From NCBI GenBank assembly GCA_045538455.1, contig JAZSRL010000009.1, positions 14,875 to 78,874 on the forward strand: a stretch of 64,000 nt of DNA, read 5' to 3'. Positions 9,520 through 18,348 of the stretch are shown here, in pieces (the stretch's first letter is position 1; the number at the start of each line of letters is the position of its first letter). A program made the position numbers and the translations under genes. Below the pieces are notes generated by a model, which saw nothing but the letters and a program-made list of their open reading frames with translations, made no database searches and was not told the DNA's origin. The stretch is from Clostridia bacterium (lineage in GTDB: Bacteria; Bacillota; Clostridia; Christensenellales; UBA1242).

Positions 9520-9550
9520 TGTCAGGTGTACCAGGGTTTGAACCTACGGT
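9520..9550 (-). pseudogene. decayed tRNA-Gln-like 3' fragment
   Basis: The minus strand reads ACCGTAGGTTCAAACCCTGGTACACCTGACA, compared with the genuine tRNA-Gln 3' part CGTAGGTTCGAATCCTGCTACCCCTGCCA. It abuts the point where the sequence turns AT-rich. Confidence 0.5.
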
Positions 9551-9570
9551 AAATTGAGAACAAAACTTTT

Positions 9571-11025
9571 TTATTTTATTCTTTGGTATTCGACAAGCCC
9601 TAACAAGTATAAAAAAGCTGGTGCGGGAATCTTATAAATACTTTTGTTCCCGTATTTGAACTCACCAAAATCGTTAGCCCTTTTTGTTATTATAATTCCT
9701 GGAAGCATATCATTGCCTTCTGTGACAATCGCATCACCTTCTGTAATTTTAGATTGTTCTCGATATTTTACTTCAATTAAAATTGATGGAACCTTAATAG
9801 ATTTAACAACAATATCAATTTCTTTTTCTTTCTTATCACCACGGTAATATCCTATTTGGGTGTTGTCATTATAATAAAATGATTTTATATGCTTATAAAC
9901 TGCAGTCTCAGCGATAACGCCCAATTCGTCTGGGTCATTTGTTATATCATCTTTTAGTAATACTGCATTTCGCATTGCAGCATCTGCTATATAAATTTTG
10001 TTTTGTCCTTTTAGAACTTGCTTTGGGCCAGTGCTAATTGAAGGACTAACATAAATCAAATTTGCACTTTCGAGATATTCAATATATTTATCAATTGTAT
10101 TTCTGCTAACCCCATCAAGTTCTTTTGAAATTGTAGCAATATTAATTATGTTGGAAGATGTATAGCAAAGATACAAGAATAATTTTTCAATATCAGTAAT
10201 ATTCCTAATGCCATAGATTGAAGGCAAATCTCTTTTTAAGGCTTTGTCAACAATGTCTTCCCTTAGAATTCGTTGGGCATAAATATCGTCATGGCTTAAA
10301 GCTAGTTCAGGGAAACCTCCAACTTGTAAATACCTTATAAAGTGCACCTGCAAACAAGAAAGTTTATTAAAAATATCAGTTTGTTCCTGTTTTGATTTTT
10401 GATACAATTGGGTAGGTTTTACAACCTGAGATAACGCGGGAACTGAAATATTTAATAATTGACAATACTCATAAAAGGATAATGTAGGTACATGGATAAT
10501 TGTCCATCTGCCTAATCCACTTTCGGAAACCTTATCTTTTAAAATTGGACTTGCTGACCCTGTTGCCATTATGTGCATATGGGGATTAGTATCATATAAG
10601 ATTTTTAACCATTTATTCCATTCTGAGGCATATTGAATTTCATCAAAAAAACAATATATTTCACTGTCTGATGAAATATTGCTACGATATATTTCAATTA
10701 CCTTATCGATTGAACATAATTTCAACAAAGGATGGTCAAAAGAAACAAATATTATGTTTTTAGGAGAAATACCATCATTAATCAATTTATCAATTGTCTG
10801 ATACATAACAGTTGTTTTGCCTGTTCTTCTTGCACCACATAAAATTACGGAACGTCTAATATCGGTCTTTAACATTGTTCTTATTGCTTCGTAATAAGCA
10901 AATCTTTTCATCTCCTTAATGAATTCTTTTTGTACCACACCTGTTTGCCACCATGGATTATAAGAAAACAGCAAGTTTAAAACATTTTCACTGGTTGCTA
11001 ATTCCAAATTACACTCCTTTAACAA
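9571..11025 (-). CDS. AAA+ ATPase (AAA_14/DUF4143-type)
   Basis: 484 aa with Walker A GARRTGKTT, Walker B-like YCFFDEIQY and the N-terminal NPWW motif common in this family. Confidence 0.75.
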   Translation of the reverse strand: MLKECNLELATSENVLNLLFSYNPWWQTGVVQKEFIKEMKRFAYYEAIRTMLKTDIRRSVILCGARRTGKTTVMYQTIDKLINDGISPKNIIFVSFDHPLLKLCSIDKVIEIYRSNISSDSEIYCFFDEIQYASEWNKWLKILYDTNPHMHIMATGSASPILKDKVSESGLGRWTIIHVPTLSFYEYCQLLNISVPALSQVVKPTQLYQKSKQEQTDIFNKLSCLQVHFIRYLQVGGFPELALSHDDIYAQRILREDIVDKALKRDLPSIYGIRNITDIEKLFLYLCYTSSNIINIATISKELDGVSRNTIDKYIEYLESANLIYVSPSISTGPKQVLKGQNKIYIADAAMRNAVLLKDDITNDPDELGVIAETAVYKHIKSFYYNDNTQIGYYRGDKKEKEIDIVVKSIKVPSILIEVKYREQSKITEGDAIVTEGNDMLPGIIITKRANDFGEFKYGNKSIYKIPAPAFLYLLGLVEYQRIK

Positions 11026-11200
11026 AAAAAATAATTTAAATTATTATATACAAAAATATATAAAAGTCAACCTTATTGAGCATATTTTCGTATTTTATGC
11101 TCAGTATATTGAGCATTAAACCTGTGAAATATAATCACTACCAAATAGAAAAATTTTGATAACCACTTAAATCTTCAGCAAATTCTGTGTTACAATAAAT

Positions 11201-11905
11201 ATGAACATGAAAGATATCAAAAAACAGAGGGAAAAAGATGTTGAATTAGTTGATAATTTCTTTTTAAAGAAAATCTCTAAAAAGAAATTTTATATACAAC
11301 CCATTTATACATTTATATTATTTATTTTTATTTCATTTGTCATTTATAAATACGCACCTGAATTAATTATTGATTCGCTTAGTGCAATAACAACAGCAAA
11401 TGTAACATTATTTGCTGTAAATTTAGCATTGTTAGTTTTTATTGTTCCTTATTTTATAAACGATAGAATTAAATATATTGAAATCAGAGAGCAAATTAAA
11501 GAATTAAGAATTCGAAAAGCAGCAAGGCAGTCTCATTTAGAAAAACTTAAGAAGGTTGATGTTAGAATTGTTACAGATAGTCAAGCGTTAAATTACCTTT
11601 ATTTTCAAACTGTTTTACTTGTAACAACATTTTGCATAAGTGTGTTGTTTCTTGCTTTTGTATCAAATAAATTACTTGTTACCGCTGTGAACAGTAGTCA
11701 TATCGTTATCGAAATTATTTATATAATAAATCTACTTATAACATTAGGAATATGGATGTATACCAAAGGTTTAGATAAAATCTACGCAGAAATGATTTCT
11801 TATGAAACAAATTTATTAAATAATTCTGGTACTTTTGTACAAGTACTTACAAACAAAGATATAAAAGAAATTAAACGGAAATGTAAACAAAACACTAAAC
11901 TATAA
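11201..11905 (+). CDS. hypothetical membrane protein
   Basis: 234 aa with about four hydrophobic segments separated by a charged coiled stretch (REQIKELRIRKAARQSHLEKLKK). Confidence 0.5.
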   Translation: MNMKDIKKQREKDVELVDNFFLKKISKKKFYIQPIYTFILFIFISFVIYKYAPELIIDSLSAITTANVTLFAVNLALLVFIVPYFINDRIKYIEIREQIKELRIRKAARQSHLEKLKKVDVRIVTDSQALNYLYFQTVLLVTTFCISVLFLAFVSNKLLVTAVNSSHIVIEIIYIINLLITLGIWMYTKGLDKIYAEMISYETNLLNNSGTFVQVLTNKDIKEIKRKCKQNTKL

Positions 11906-12235
11906 ACAGATAACCTGTGATGATTATCTATAGGTAAATTTCCACCTTTTTGTCTCTCAATAGATTTAGCGGAAACTTTTTTCATTGAAGTACACTCAAT
12001 TTGAATTTTTGCCATAATAAAGTCTGACCGACCAATTTCGCTTGTGTCGGTTTTTACTAACAATTTTGTCATTTACCAAGATGATTTATTGTGGACTAAA
12101 AACTTTTCCAAGATTTTTCTTGTGTTAAACCACTAAAAATTGTTGCATTGCATTTTAATTATATAAATTAAACATTAAATACGGAAAACTTTATTATTAG
12201 TGATTCTAATTAATCAACTGGTAAATCTTTTTTTG

Positions 12236-13054
12236 CTAGTAATAAAAAGTTCGTTCAACATTTTTTACTCTAACTCCATTGATGTATGATATAGAATAAA
12301 CTTGATGATAGTGGGTAAGTCCCATTTCTTCAGCAAGTTCTTTTCCAAAGTATTTATCAGTATTAACAATAACTTTAACATCATCAGTGATTGGCAAGTT
12401 TCTACTTGTTGAAATAAGTTTCATTCCATAATCATAGTGTGAATACATCACTCCATCTTGCATAAAGAATTCGTGTTTTTCAGATTTACAGATATAGTTC
12501 TTTATTCCTTCGTAGTTATAAATTTTTTGTACGTCTACACTGGTTCCAAGTGTCCAATGATTTTGCACCCATGGTCTCGTGAATTCTCTTGGAGTATTGT
12601 TACCTTTAAAGAAAAGTATTAAGTGAGCATGTTTATATAAATCTTCGCTTAATTCTAATCTTCTAATGTAGGCAAAATAATTATCGAAATTGTAAGAGAC
12701 TTTATCTAAAAATGATTTAACTTGTTTATCTAATTCATTAAAGGTTAAATCTTTATTATCAGTGGTTAATGTTACATAAAGCATTGGATAACTTGTATCA
12801 ACAAATGTTAGTGTGCGTTCCCAACCTCTCAGTTGTCTTTTTACATTGCGTTTTAATGAATATAGTTGGTCTTTTTTTCGACAATGATAGCCACCCATAC
12901 CATCGGGTAAGTATGAGGCGTACTTGAATTTTTTTCTTTCCGTCATAATTCTTGCACCCTCAATAATGTAATGCCGATATTCTTGTATCGCCTCTGGTAA
13001 AATATATAAATTAAAATAATTTGAATTTTCTAATACGTTTAAATTAGTTTGCAT
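12236..13054 (-). CDS. HUH-type rolling-circle replication initiator / relaxase-like protein
   Basis: 272 aa with the three RCR motifs in order: MLYVTLTTDN (motif I, xLTLT-like), KHAHLILFF (HUH) and NYICKSEKH (YxxK). Confidence 0.55.
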   Translation of the reverse strand: MQTNLNVLENSNYFNLYILPEAIQEYRHYIIEGARIMTERKKFKYASYLPDGMGGYHCRKKDQLYSLKRNVKRQLRGWERTLTFVDTSYPMLYVTLTTDNKDLTFNELDKQVKSFLDKVSYNFDNYFAYIRRLELSEDLYKHAHLILFFKGNNTPREFTRPWVQNHWTLGTSVDVQKIYNYEGIKNYICKSEKHEFFMQDGVMYSHYDYGMKLISTSRNLPITDDVKVIVNTDKYFGKELAEEMGLTHYHQVYSISYINGVRVKNVERTFYY

Positions 13055-13432
13055 AATTTACATCTCCTGGTTATCTTATAAAATCTAAATTTTTTGCATA
13101 TTAAAGTATGCTCATCGCTTACGATGATTTTTTATTGACAGCCTGAACAATAATCTTTTGTTATTGTCCCAATATTTTTAAAACCAAGTGTTACGGTTCA
13201 GTTAATAAAATTATTGATATTCCCATAATTTTCTCCTTTTGTTTTTTTCTCTATATCAATATACAGTTTGTCTTATGCTAACTTTGAGTTAATGGGGGTT
13301 TACCCCATGTTTTTGCATAAAAAAATGTTAAAAAACCATTAAAAATTAGTTTCCCTATTATATATTACAGTATTTGTTCAAAAAACTGATTTTGGCACCG
13401 GTCACAATGATTAAATCTTGATTTTTAGCAAT

Positions 13433-13474
13433 AAAAAAGAGCCTTAATCAAATTTCGATTTTAAGGCTCTTTTT
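13433..13474. terminator. bidirectional rho-independent terminator
   Basis: AAAAAAGAGCCTTAA-(13 nt)-TTAAGGCTCTTTTT: a 10-bp stem flanked by an A-run and a T-run. Confidence 0.7.
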
Positions 13475-13510
13475 ATAATTTATGTAATTTGTATCAAGTG
13501 AACTGATTCT

Positions 13511-13536
13511 GTTGGTCCTGGTCAATTTGGTGGACT
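13511..13536 (+). repeat. direct repeat, copy 1 (GTTGGTCCTGGTCAATTTGGTGGACT)
   Basis: 23 of 26 positions match copy 2 at 16377-16402. Both copies lie about 35-40 nt after a terminator hairpin and an ATAATTTA string. Confidence 0.75.
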
Positions 13537-13553
13537 CTAGTGCTAGTTTTTAA

Positions 13554-13853
13554 TCAATTTTCATAAAGATTCAAAATGGCATCTTTTTGTCTTGATGTTA
13601 GTTTAGAGAAATAGTCAATTAAAGTTTTATCTTTTTGATAAGCCAGTAAATCACGGTGAAAAAATTCTTCGGGGGTGCTGTTACAACATTCAATAATTTG
13701 CATCAACATATTAATCGGTGGATCAAATTGTAAACTTTCTATTTTGTTAATGTAGCAATCATTTTTGCCTAAACGCAAAGACAATTCCCGTGCAGATAAA
13801 TTGGCTCTATCTCTAATTTGTTTGATTCTTATCACAATTTCTTTTTTATCCAT
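13554..13853 (-). CDS. XRE-family helix-turn-helix regulator
   Basis: 99 aa. IKQIRDRANLSARELSLRLGKNDCYINKIES is a classic HTH_3 pattern. It is divergent from the methyltransferase gene. Confidence 0.7.
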   Translation of the reverse strand: MDKKEIVIRIKQIRDRANLSARELSLRLGKNDCYINKIESLQFDPPINMLMQIIECCNSTPEEFFHRDLLAYQKDKTLIDYFSKLTSRQKDAILNLYEN

Positions 13854-14078
13854 AGCTACCTCTGTTTTGTTTACTAATATTATAAATTCCGCTCTGTTTA
13901 TAGGTTGTGATAATTACTGCGTAATTTTACTTAATAATCATAAATCTATGGATTATTACTTTTGAATAGGAAATTTATTTGACCTTATAATCAATATTTT
14001 TTATATTTGTATTATAAATATTGACTTTTAAGGATAAACAATCTAAAAAGTTGATTTAATCATCACAAAGGATTTTGA

Positions 14079-15176
14079 ATGGAAAAACAACAAAAGGTTT
14101 TGAATAAAATTAAATACGACAGTGGGCAGAAAACACCATTGGGAACTGTGCCAAATGACGAATGTTATACATCGATGCAAGACATTGTTAATGAGCTTTC
14201 GTATTGGGCAGATAAATTTAAAAACAAAAATATTATTTGTCCTTGTGATTGGGATATTGTTGATGATGAAGACGGTATTTATTCTTTAAGAATCGATTTT
14301 GATAAAGACGAAATGCACGGACATACAAACACGGTTAAATCTGTAAGATGTTTATACATTAAAGATGTGGATAATACTGAATCGAAAGAAATTCCTAAGG
14401 ATAAAGTTGATGAATTTTTAAGCAAGCGCTTAAAATGTAATTTTGTTCGGACCTTTGTGGAACATGCTAAAGAATGGCAAATTAAAAGTATTACCGCTAG
14501 TGGATACAATCCCGCAACCGGGAAAGGAATTCGGTTCCAAGAAGTTGATTTTACACAATATGATATTTGTGTAACTAATCCACCATTTAGCGCATATAAA
14601 AATGGCTTATTTCTAAATACCCTGCTAAATAGCAAAATTGATTTTATTGTACTAGCTCCATTTTTAAATAGAACAAATCCATGTGTTGGATTGCCCTTAA
14701 TGCTAAAAACATGTTATTTAGGTTATGGAAGACATTTAAGTTTAAATTTTTACAATCCAACTGAAAACAATCAATTTAAAACTAAAACAGTTGCAGTCGA
14801 TTGGCTCACTTCGTTTTCTGATGCACAAGATGAAATAAACAAACAACAACTTCGTAACGGATTCAAATATGAGAATTACAAAAACGATTTTACTGCAATG
14901 AAGAATATGACTATGAAAGATGGAACTCACCCTATAAGGGCTGATAAATTTAGTGGAATACCTGATGATTACTTCGGTTGGATTTTCTGTTCGGTTGGCG
15001 TGTTAGATGTTTTGAGTAATGATGAATTTGAGTGGCACATTACCAATGCCAAAGGTTATTACAACAAAGTCAATCCAAGTGCTAATCCATTTGCTCATCG
15101 AGCATCAAACGAAATGGTTTCAAATCCAGGAGAAAAAAGTTTTCACGGTGTAGTAATAAGGAGAATAAAAAAATGA
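14079..15176 (+). CDS. N6-adenine DNA methyltransferase (EcoRI-methylase-like family)
   Basis: 365 aa with catalytic motif IV ICVTNPPFS and N-terminal NDECYTS...NIICPCDWD, which resembles that family (from memory). The stop overlaps the next start (ATGA). Confidence 0.65.
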   Translation: MEKQQKVLNKIKYDSGQKTPLGTVPNDECYTSMQDIVNELSYWADKFKNKNIICPCDWDIVDDEDGIYSLRIDFDKDEMHGHTNTVKSVRCLYIKDVDNTESKEIPKDKVDEFLSKRLKCNFVRTFVEHAKEWQIKSITASGYNPATGKGIRFQEVDFTQYDICVTNPPFSAYKNGLFLNTLLNSKIDFIVLAPFLNRTNPCVGLPLMLKTCYLGYGRHLSLNFYNPTENNQFKTKTVAVDWLTSFSDAQDEINKQQLRNGFKYENYKNDFTAMKNMTMKDGTHPIRADKFSGIPDDYFGWIFCSVGVLDVLSNDEFEWHITNAKGYYNKVNPSANPFAHRASNEMVSNPGEKSFHGVVIRRIKK

Positions 15177-16297
15177 AAAAAACAGTTAAAGAAATTTTTG
15201 AAATGATTAGTAGTGGAAAATTACATTATGACCAATCCACACAACGCAAATTTATTTATTACACAGAGAATCAAAACACAGAAGATGGTCAAATGACACG
15301 AGCCGGAAATGTGATACGCTCAATCTTACAATTTGACATTCAGTTACCTGCTCTTTATTTTTGGGACCTTGGTAATGATGAATACAATATTCATGATGGA
15401 AAACAAAGGGTTTTAAGTCTTTATTATTTTTGTAATCCGACTAGAGAAATTAATGTAGTAACCAGAATCAATGGACGAGAAACAACATTTATTGGATTAA
15501 CCCAAGAACAAAAAGATAAACTTCTGAATTACACTTTTGATATAGTGGTTAAACAAGGAAGTCAGGACCAAGAAGAAGTTTCATTTTACATGATAAATAC
15601 AAACTCATTAGCTTTAACACCATACGAAAGTTTACGAGGTATGTTCCATGGAACCTGGATTTACGAATTTGAACAGTTTATAGAAGAAAAAGCAAGGGTT
15701 ATTGATAATATCAAAAAAATCGGGCGTGGCGAACAAGCAATTCAGTTTTTGTATAATTGCTTTGACTTACTTGGAGATAGAATGGCGCCAAACAAGATTC
15801 GAACACATCTAAGAGATGTACGAAATACTTCTTTTGATGCCAATACTTACAAACTAAATGAAATCCTTGAAGTTTATTCTGAATTCATTAAAATTACATC
15901 AGTTGATAGCGAAAAAGCATTAATGGTAGCAAGTTTTATTGTCAACAAGGGTTGGGATAAAGATTCAATTCTTGATTATTACCGAAAAATCATGAGAAAT
16001 GCAAATGATGTTAAAAAATGGAAAATTGAAACCCATAAAACTGCAATTACCAAATTAATTCAAGATAACATTGAATGCGATGGTAAACGATTATTTAATG
16101 ACGAAGATAAAAGTTCTCTATATCGTCGCTCACAAAAATGTGCAGGTGCAAATTGCACGGTTACAAATTATAAAGAACTAGAAGTTGACCATATTACACC
16201 TTGGAGCAAAGGCGGTAGAACTATTTTAGATAATGCCCGATTGCTTTGCAAATCACACAATGCCAGCAAGGGCGACGACGATGGAATTAAAGGTTAA
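15173..16297 (+). CDS. DUF262 (ParB-like NTPase) - HNH nuclease fusion
   Basis: 374 aa. The N-terminal part has QRKFIY and HDGKQRV (a DGQQR-like DUF262 signature). The C-terminus EVDHITPWSKGGRTILDNARLLCKSHNASKG is an HNH motif. Confidence 0.75.
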   Translation: MKKTVKEIFEMISSGKLHYDQSTQRKFIYYTENQNTEDGQMTRAGNVIRSILQFDIQLPALYFWDLGNDEYNIHDGKQRVLSLYYFCNPTREINVVTRINGRETTFIGLTQEQKDKLLNYTFDIVVKQGSQDQEEVSFYMINTNSLALTPYESLRGMFHGTWIYEFEQFIEEKARVIDNIKKIGRGEQAIQFLYNCFDLLGDRMAPNKIRTHLRDVRNTSFDANTYKLNEILEVYSEFIKITSVDSEKALMVASFIVNKGWDKDSILDYYRKIMRNANDVKKWKIETHKTAITKLIQDNIECDGKRLFNDEDKSSLYRRSQKCAGANCTVTNYKELEVDHITPWSKGGRTILDNARLLCKSHNASKGDDDGIKG

Positions 16298-16313
16298 TAA
16301 TTAACTCAACAAT

Positions 16314-16349
16314 AAAAAAGAACCCCAGGTTTTAATTCTGGGGTTTTTT
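16314..16349 (+). terminator. rho-independent terminator
   Basis: AACCCCAG-(9 nt)-CTGGGGTT followed by TTTT. Confidence 0.75.
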
Positions 16350-16376
16350 GCATAATTTACCAATCCAAGCATATCC

Positions 16377-16402
16377 GTTGGTCCTGGTTGATTTGGTGGG
16401 CT
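16377..16402 (+). repeat. direct repeat, copy 2 (GTTGGTCCTGGTTGATTTGGTGGGCT)
   Basis: See copy 1. The two copies are 2866 bp apart. Confidence 0.75.
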
Positions 16403-16449
16403 TAAAACAGCGTTTTTATTAGAAAATATGCCGTAAGGGTGAAATTTGT

Positions 16450-16478
16450 TTGACTAAAACGGGATTCTCATGTATAAT
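16450..16478 (+). promoter_or_regulatory. sigma-70-type promoter (TTGACT-17 nt-TATAAT)
   Basis: Near-consensus -35 and -10 boxes with a 17-nt spacer, about 18 nt upstream of the riboswitch P1 helix. Confidence 0.6.
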
Positions 16479-16494
16479 GAAAATACAATTAAAT

Positions 16495-16646
16495 AGCTAT
16501 CAAGAGTGTTAGATGTTAAGGGACCAGCCCAATGCTAACCAGCAACCTGTCGGGAAAGACAAGGTGCTAAAACTGAGTGATAGGCGTAAACCATTTTACG
16601 AATCATGTTTTCCTTCGGCTCTATCACTCTTGGTAGGGTTTTTTAA
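16495..16646 (+). promoter_or_regulatory. SAM-I (S-box) riboswitch aptamer plus expression platform
   Basis: The aptamer (~16495-16585) has the conserved strings in order: CTATCAAGAG ... GGGACCAGCCCAATG ... CCAGCAACC ... AAGGTGCTAA ... GAGTGATAG. Downstream, CTATCACTCTTGGTAG can pair with either P1 strand and is followed by GGTTTTTT. Confidence 0.7.
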
Positions 16647-16663
16647 TTGTTAAGGAGGAAAAT

Positions 16664-17188
16664 ATGAAAGACACTTATGAAAAATTTTTACAACTGGAAA
16701 AGGAAGACAATCTGACCGAACAAAGAATCTTGGAACATTTGAACTGCTCCAAAGTTAAGGCACGGATGTTGTATCAACAACTCATTCGCAAAAAAATTAT
16801 TGTCAAAGGCAAAGTGGTTAACCCAGAAGAATTTCGCGGATGGGGATTAGCATTTTTAGTTTATGATGAGTACGCCGAAATTGAAGTCGGGCTGGAATCC
16901 ATCATTGACAATGTTTTAATCGATGACGAAAAATTTATTCGTTTAATTCACAACAAAGTTGACCCTGCTTTCCGTAAGGAACTTTCGTCTGAAATGCGTA
17001 AAAACACGCTTAAAATTTTATTAGGACTAGGCGAAGACCAAAAATACTTAATTTATCAACTAGCCGTTCAAGCGCTGGCAGAATCGCTACGAACCAGTAA
17101 GGATTTAATCGCACCGCAAGATACCCCCGAAGAATTGCCTGATGCAGATGGAGTTGTAATTACGTTGGATATGCCCAAAGGGAAATAA
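16664..17188 (+). CDS. hypothetical protein downstream of the SAM riboswitch
   Basis: 174 aa with a strong RBS (AAGGAGG). The N-terminal ~50 aa look winged-helix-like. No catalytic motif recognised. Confidence 0.6.
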   Translation: MKDTYEKFLQLEKEDNLTEQRILEHLNCSKVKARMLYQQLIRKKIIVKGKVVNPEEFRGWGLAFLVYDEYAEIEVGLESIIDNVLIDDEKFIRLIHNKVDPAFRKELSSEMRKNTLKILLGLGEDQKYLIYQLAVQALAESLRTSKDLIAPQDTPEELPDADGVVITLDMPKGK

Positions 17189-17373
17189 CCCCTTGAATTA
17201 AATAATGATTTAAATACTGTATAATATTATAGAGAAATAAAATTTCGTCTAATTTAAGGAGTATCAGTGAAAATTTGATTAATTTACCGACGGATAAAAA
17301 TTTATCCATAAAACTTAAATCGAAGATGGTAAGATAAATACTTTATCAAGCAAATTAAAAGGAATTTAACATC

Positions 17374-17940
17374 ATGAGATTTATTAAAGAAAAATTAAAT
17401 GAAAATAAATTATTTGAAACAGGTCTTGCAAGACTTTGGCAACATACCAAAGATACATCTACTTTTGCAATTATTGGTACACAAGACCAAGATACTAAAG
17501 AAAGTAGATACAATGACATGATGGACTTAATTTTGAAATTATCAAGAAAGAAAGCAGGCATTGGATTTAATAATATAGATGGGTTATACACTTATGATAA
17601 TGGACAACAAGGTCGTGAAGATTCTATCATTATTTATAATCTATCCAAGGAAGATGCTCTTGATATTGGTAGAAAACTAAATCAAGAAAGTATTGTTTGG
17701 AAAGATGACAGTTTCTTTGGGTTAATTTATTGTAAAGATGGCAGTGTTGATATGACCTTTAAGAATAACTTAAAAAATATGAAGTTCAGTGAAGAAGATA
17801 TAAAAAATTTTGCTTCAAAGATTGCTGGCAAAGGTCATGCCAAGAATGCACCATTTGTTTTTGAATCATATTTCAGAGAATATAATAAACAAATTCACAA
17901 AGCTGAAAACCATCTTATTTTTAGATGTAAATGTAATTAA
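17374..17940 (+). CDS. hypothetical protein (first of the small-gene series)
   Basis: 188-aa ORF starting MRFIKEKL. Its TAA stop is part of the conserved junction 18-mer. Confidence 0.55.
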   Translation: MRFIKEKLNENKLFETGLARLWQHTKDTSTFAIIGTQDQDTKESRYNDMMDLILKLSRKKAGIGFNNIDGLYTYDNGQQGREDSIIIYNLSKEDALDIGRKLNQESIVWKDDSFFGLIYCKDGSVDMTFKNNLKNMKFSEEDIKNFASKIAGKGHAKNAPFVFESYFREYNKQIHKAENHLIFRCKCN

Positions 17941-17955
17941 GGAGATAAATTAAAG

Positions 17956-18297
17956 ATGAAATTGATTAAAGAAGAATTGCTAATGGAAATGTCTAACTTA
18001 TTACCAAGAAGAACTGGGTTACCTTATTCAGTCTGGGTAGATGATGCTGGCATGGATAGAGAAGTTTCACATAATATCCTTAGATTGAAATATGGCCCAT
18101 CATATGATGATTGTGTTACAATTCCGTTTTTTGATAAAAAAGATTTATATGAAGCTATTGGTGAGCTTAAAAAAGGCAAACTAAATATGAAGCAAATATC
18201 CAAGTGGATAAATCTTAATTATACTAATCTAATTAAATTTTATACTAATGCTGATTATGACTTTAAGGATTTTATAGATAATATGAAAACTATTTAA
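17956..18297 (+). CDS. hypothetical protein
   Basis: 113-aa ORF starting MKLIKEEL, preceded by the conserved junction. Confidence 0.55.
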   Translation: MKLIKEELLMEMSNLLPRRTGLPYSVWVDDAGMDREVSHNILRLKYGPSYDDCVTIPFFDKKDLYEAIGELKKGKLNMKQISKWINLNYTNLIKFYTNADYDFKDFIDNMKTI

Positions 18298-18348
18298 AGT
18301 AAGTGTAGAATTATAATTATATATCAATCATAAGGAGATAAATTAAAG

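Noticed and set aside
9223-9552. 109-aa plus-strand ORF from the track
   Set aside because: It runs straight through tRNA-Gln(CUG) and the tRNA-like relic, and has no RBS or recognisable motif. It is an ORF-finder artefact.
11800-12072. 90-aa minus-strand ORF overlapping the end of the 11201-11905 gene
   Set aside because: It overlaps the convergent membrane-protein gene by about 105 nt, and I could see no RBS or motif. It may be a relic of a small DNA-binding gene, but I cannot support a call.
13932-13958. 8-bp inverted repeat TAATAATC...GATTATTA in the XRE/MTase divergent region as a C-box-like operator
   Set aside because: It is plausible in position, but an 8-bp inverted repeat in DNA this AT-rich is not statistically convincing, and it does not resemble known C-box consensus sequences.
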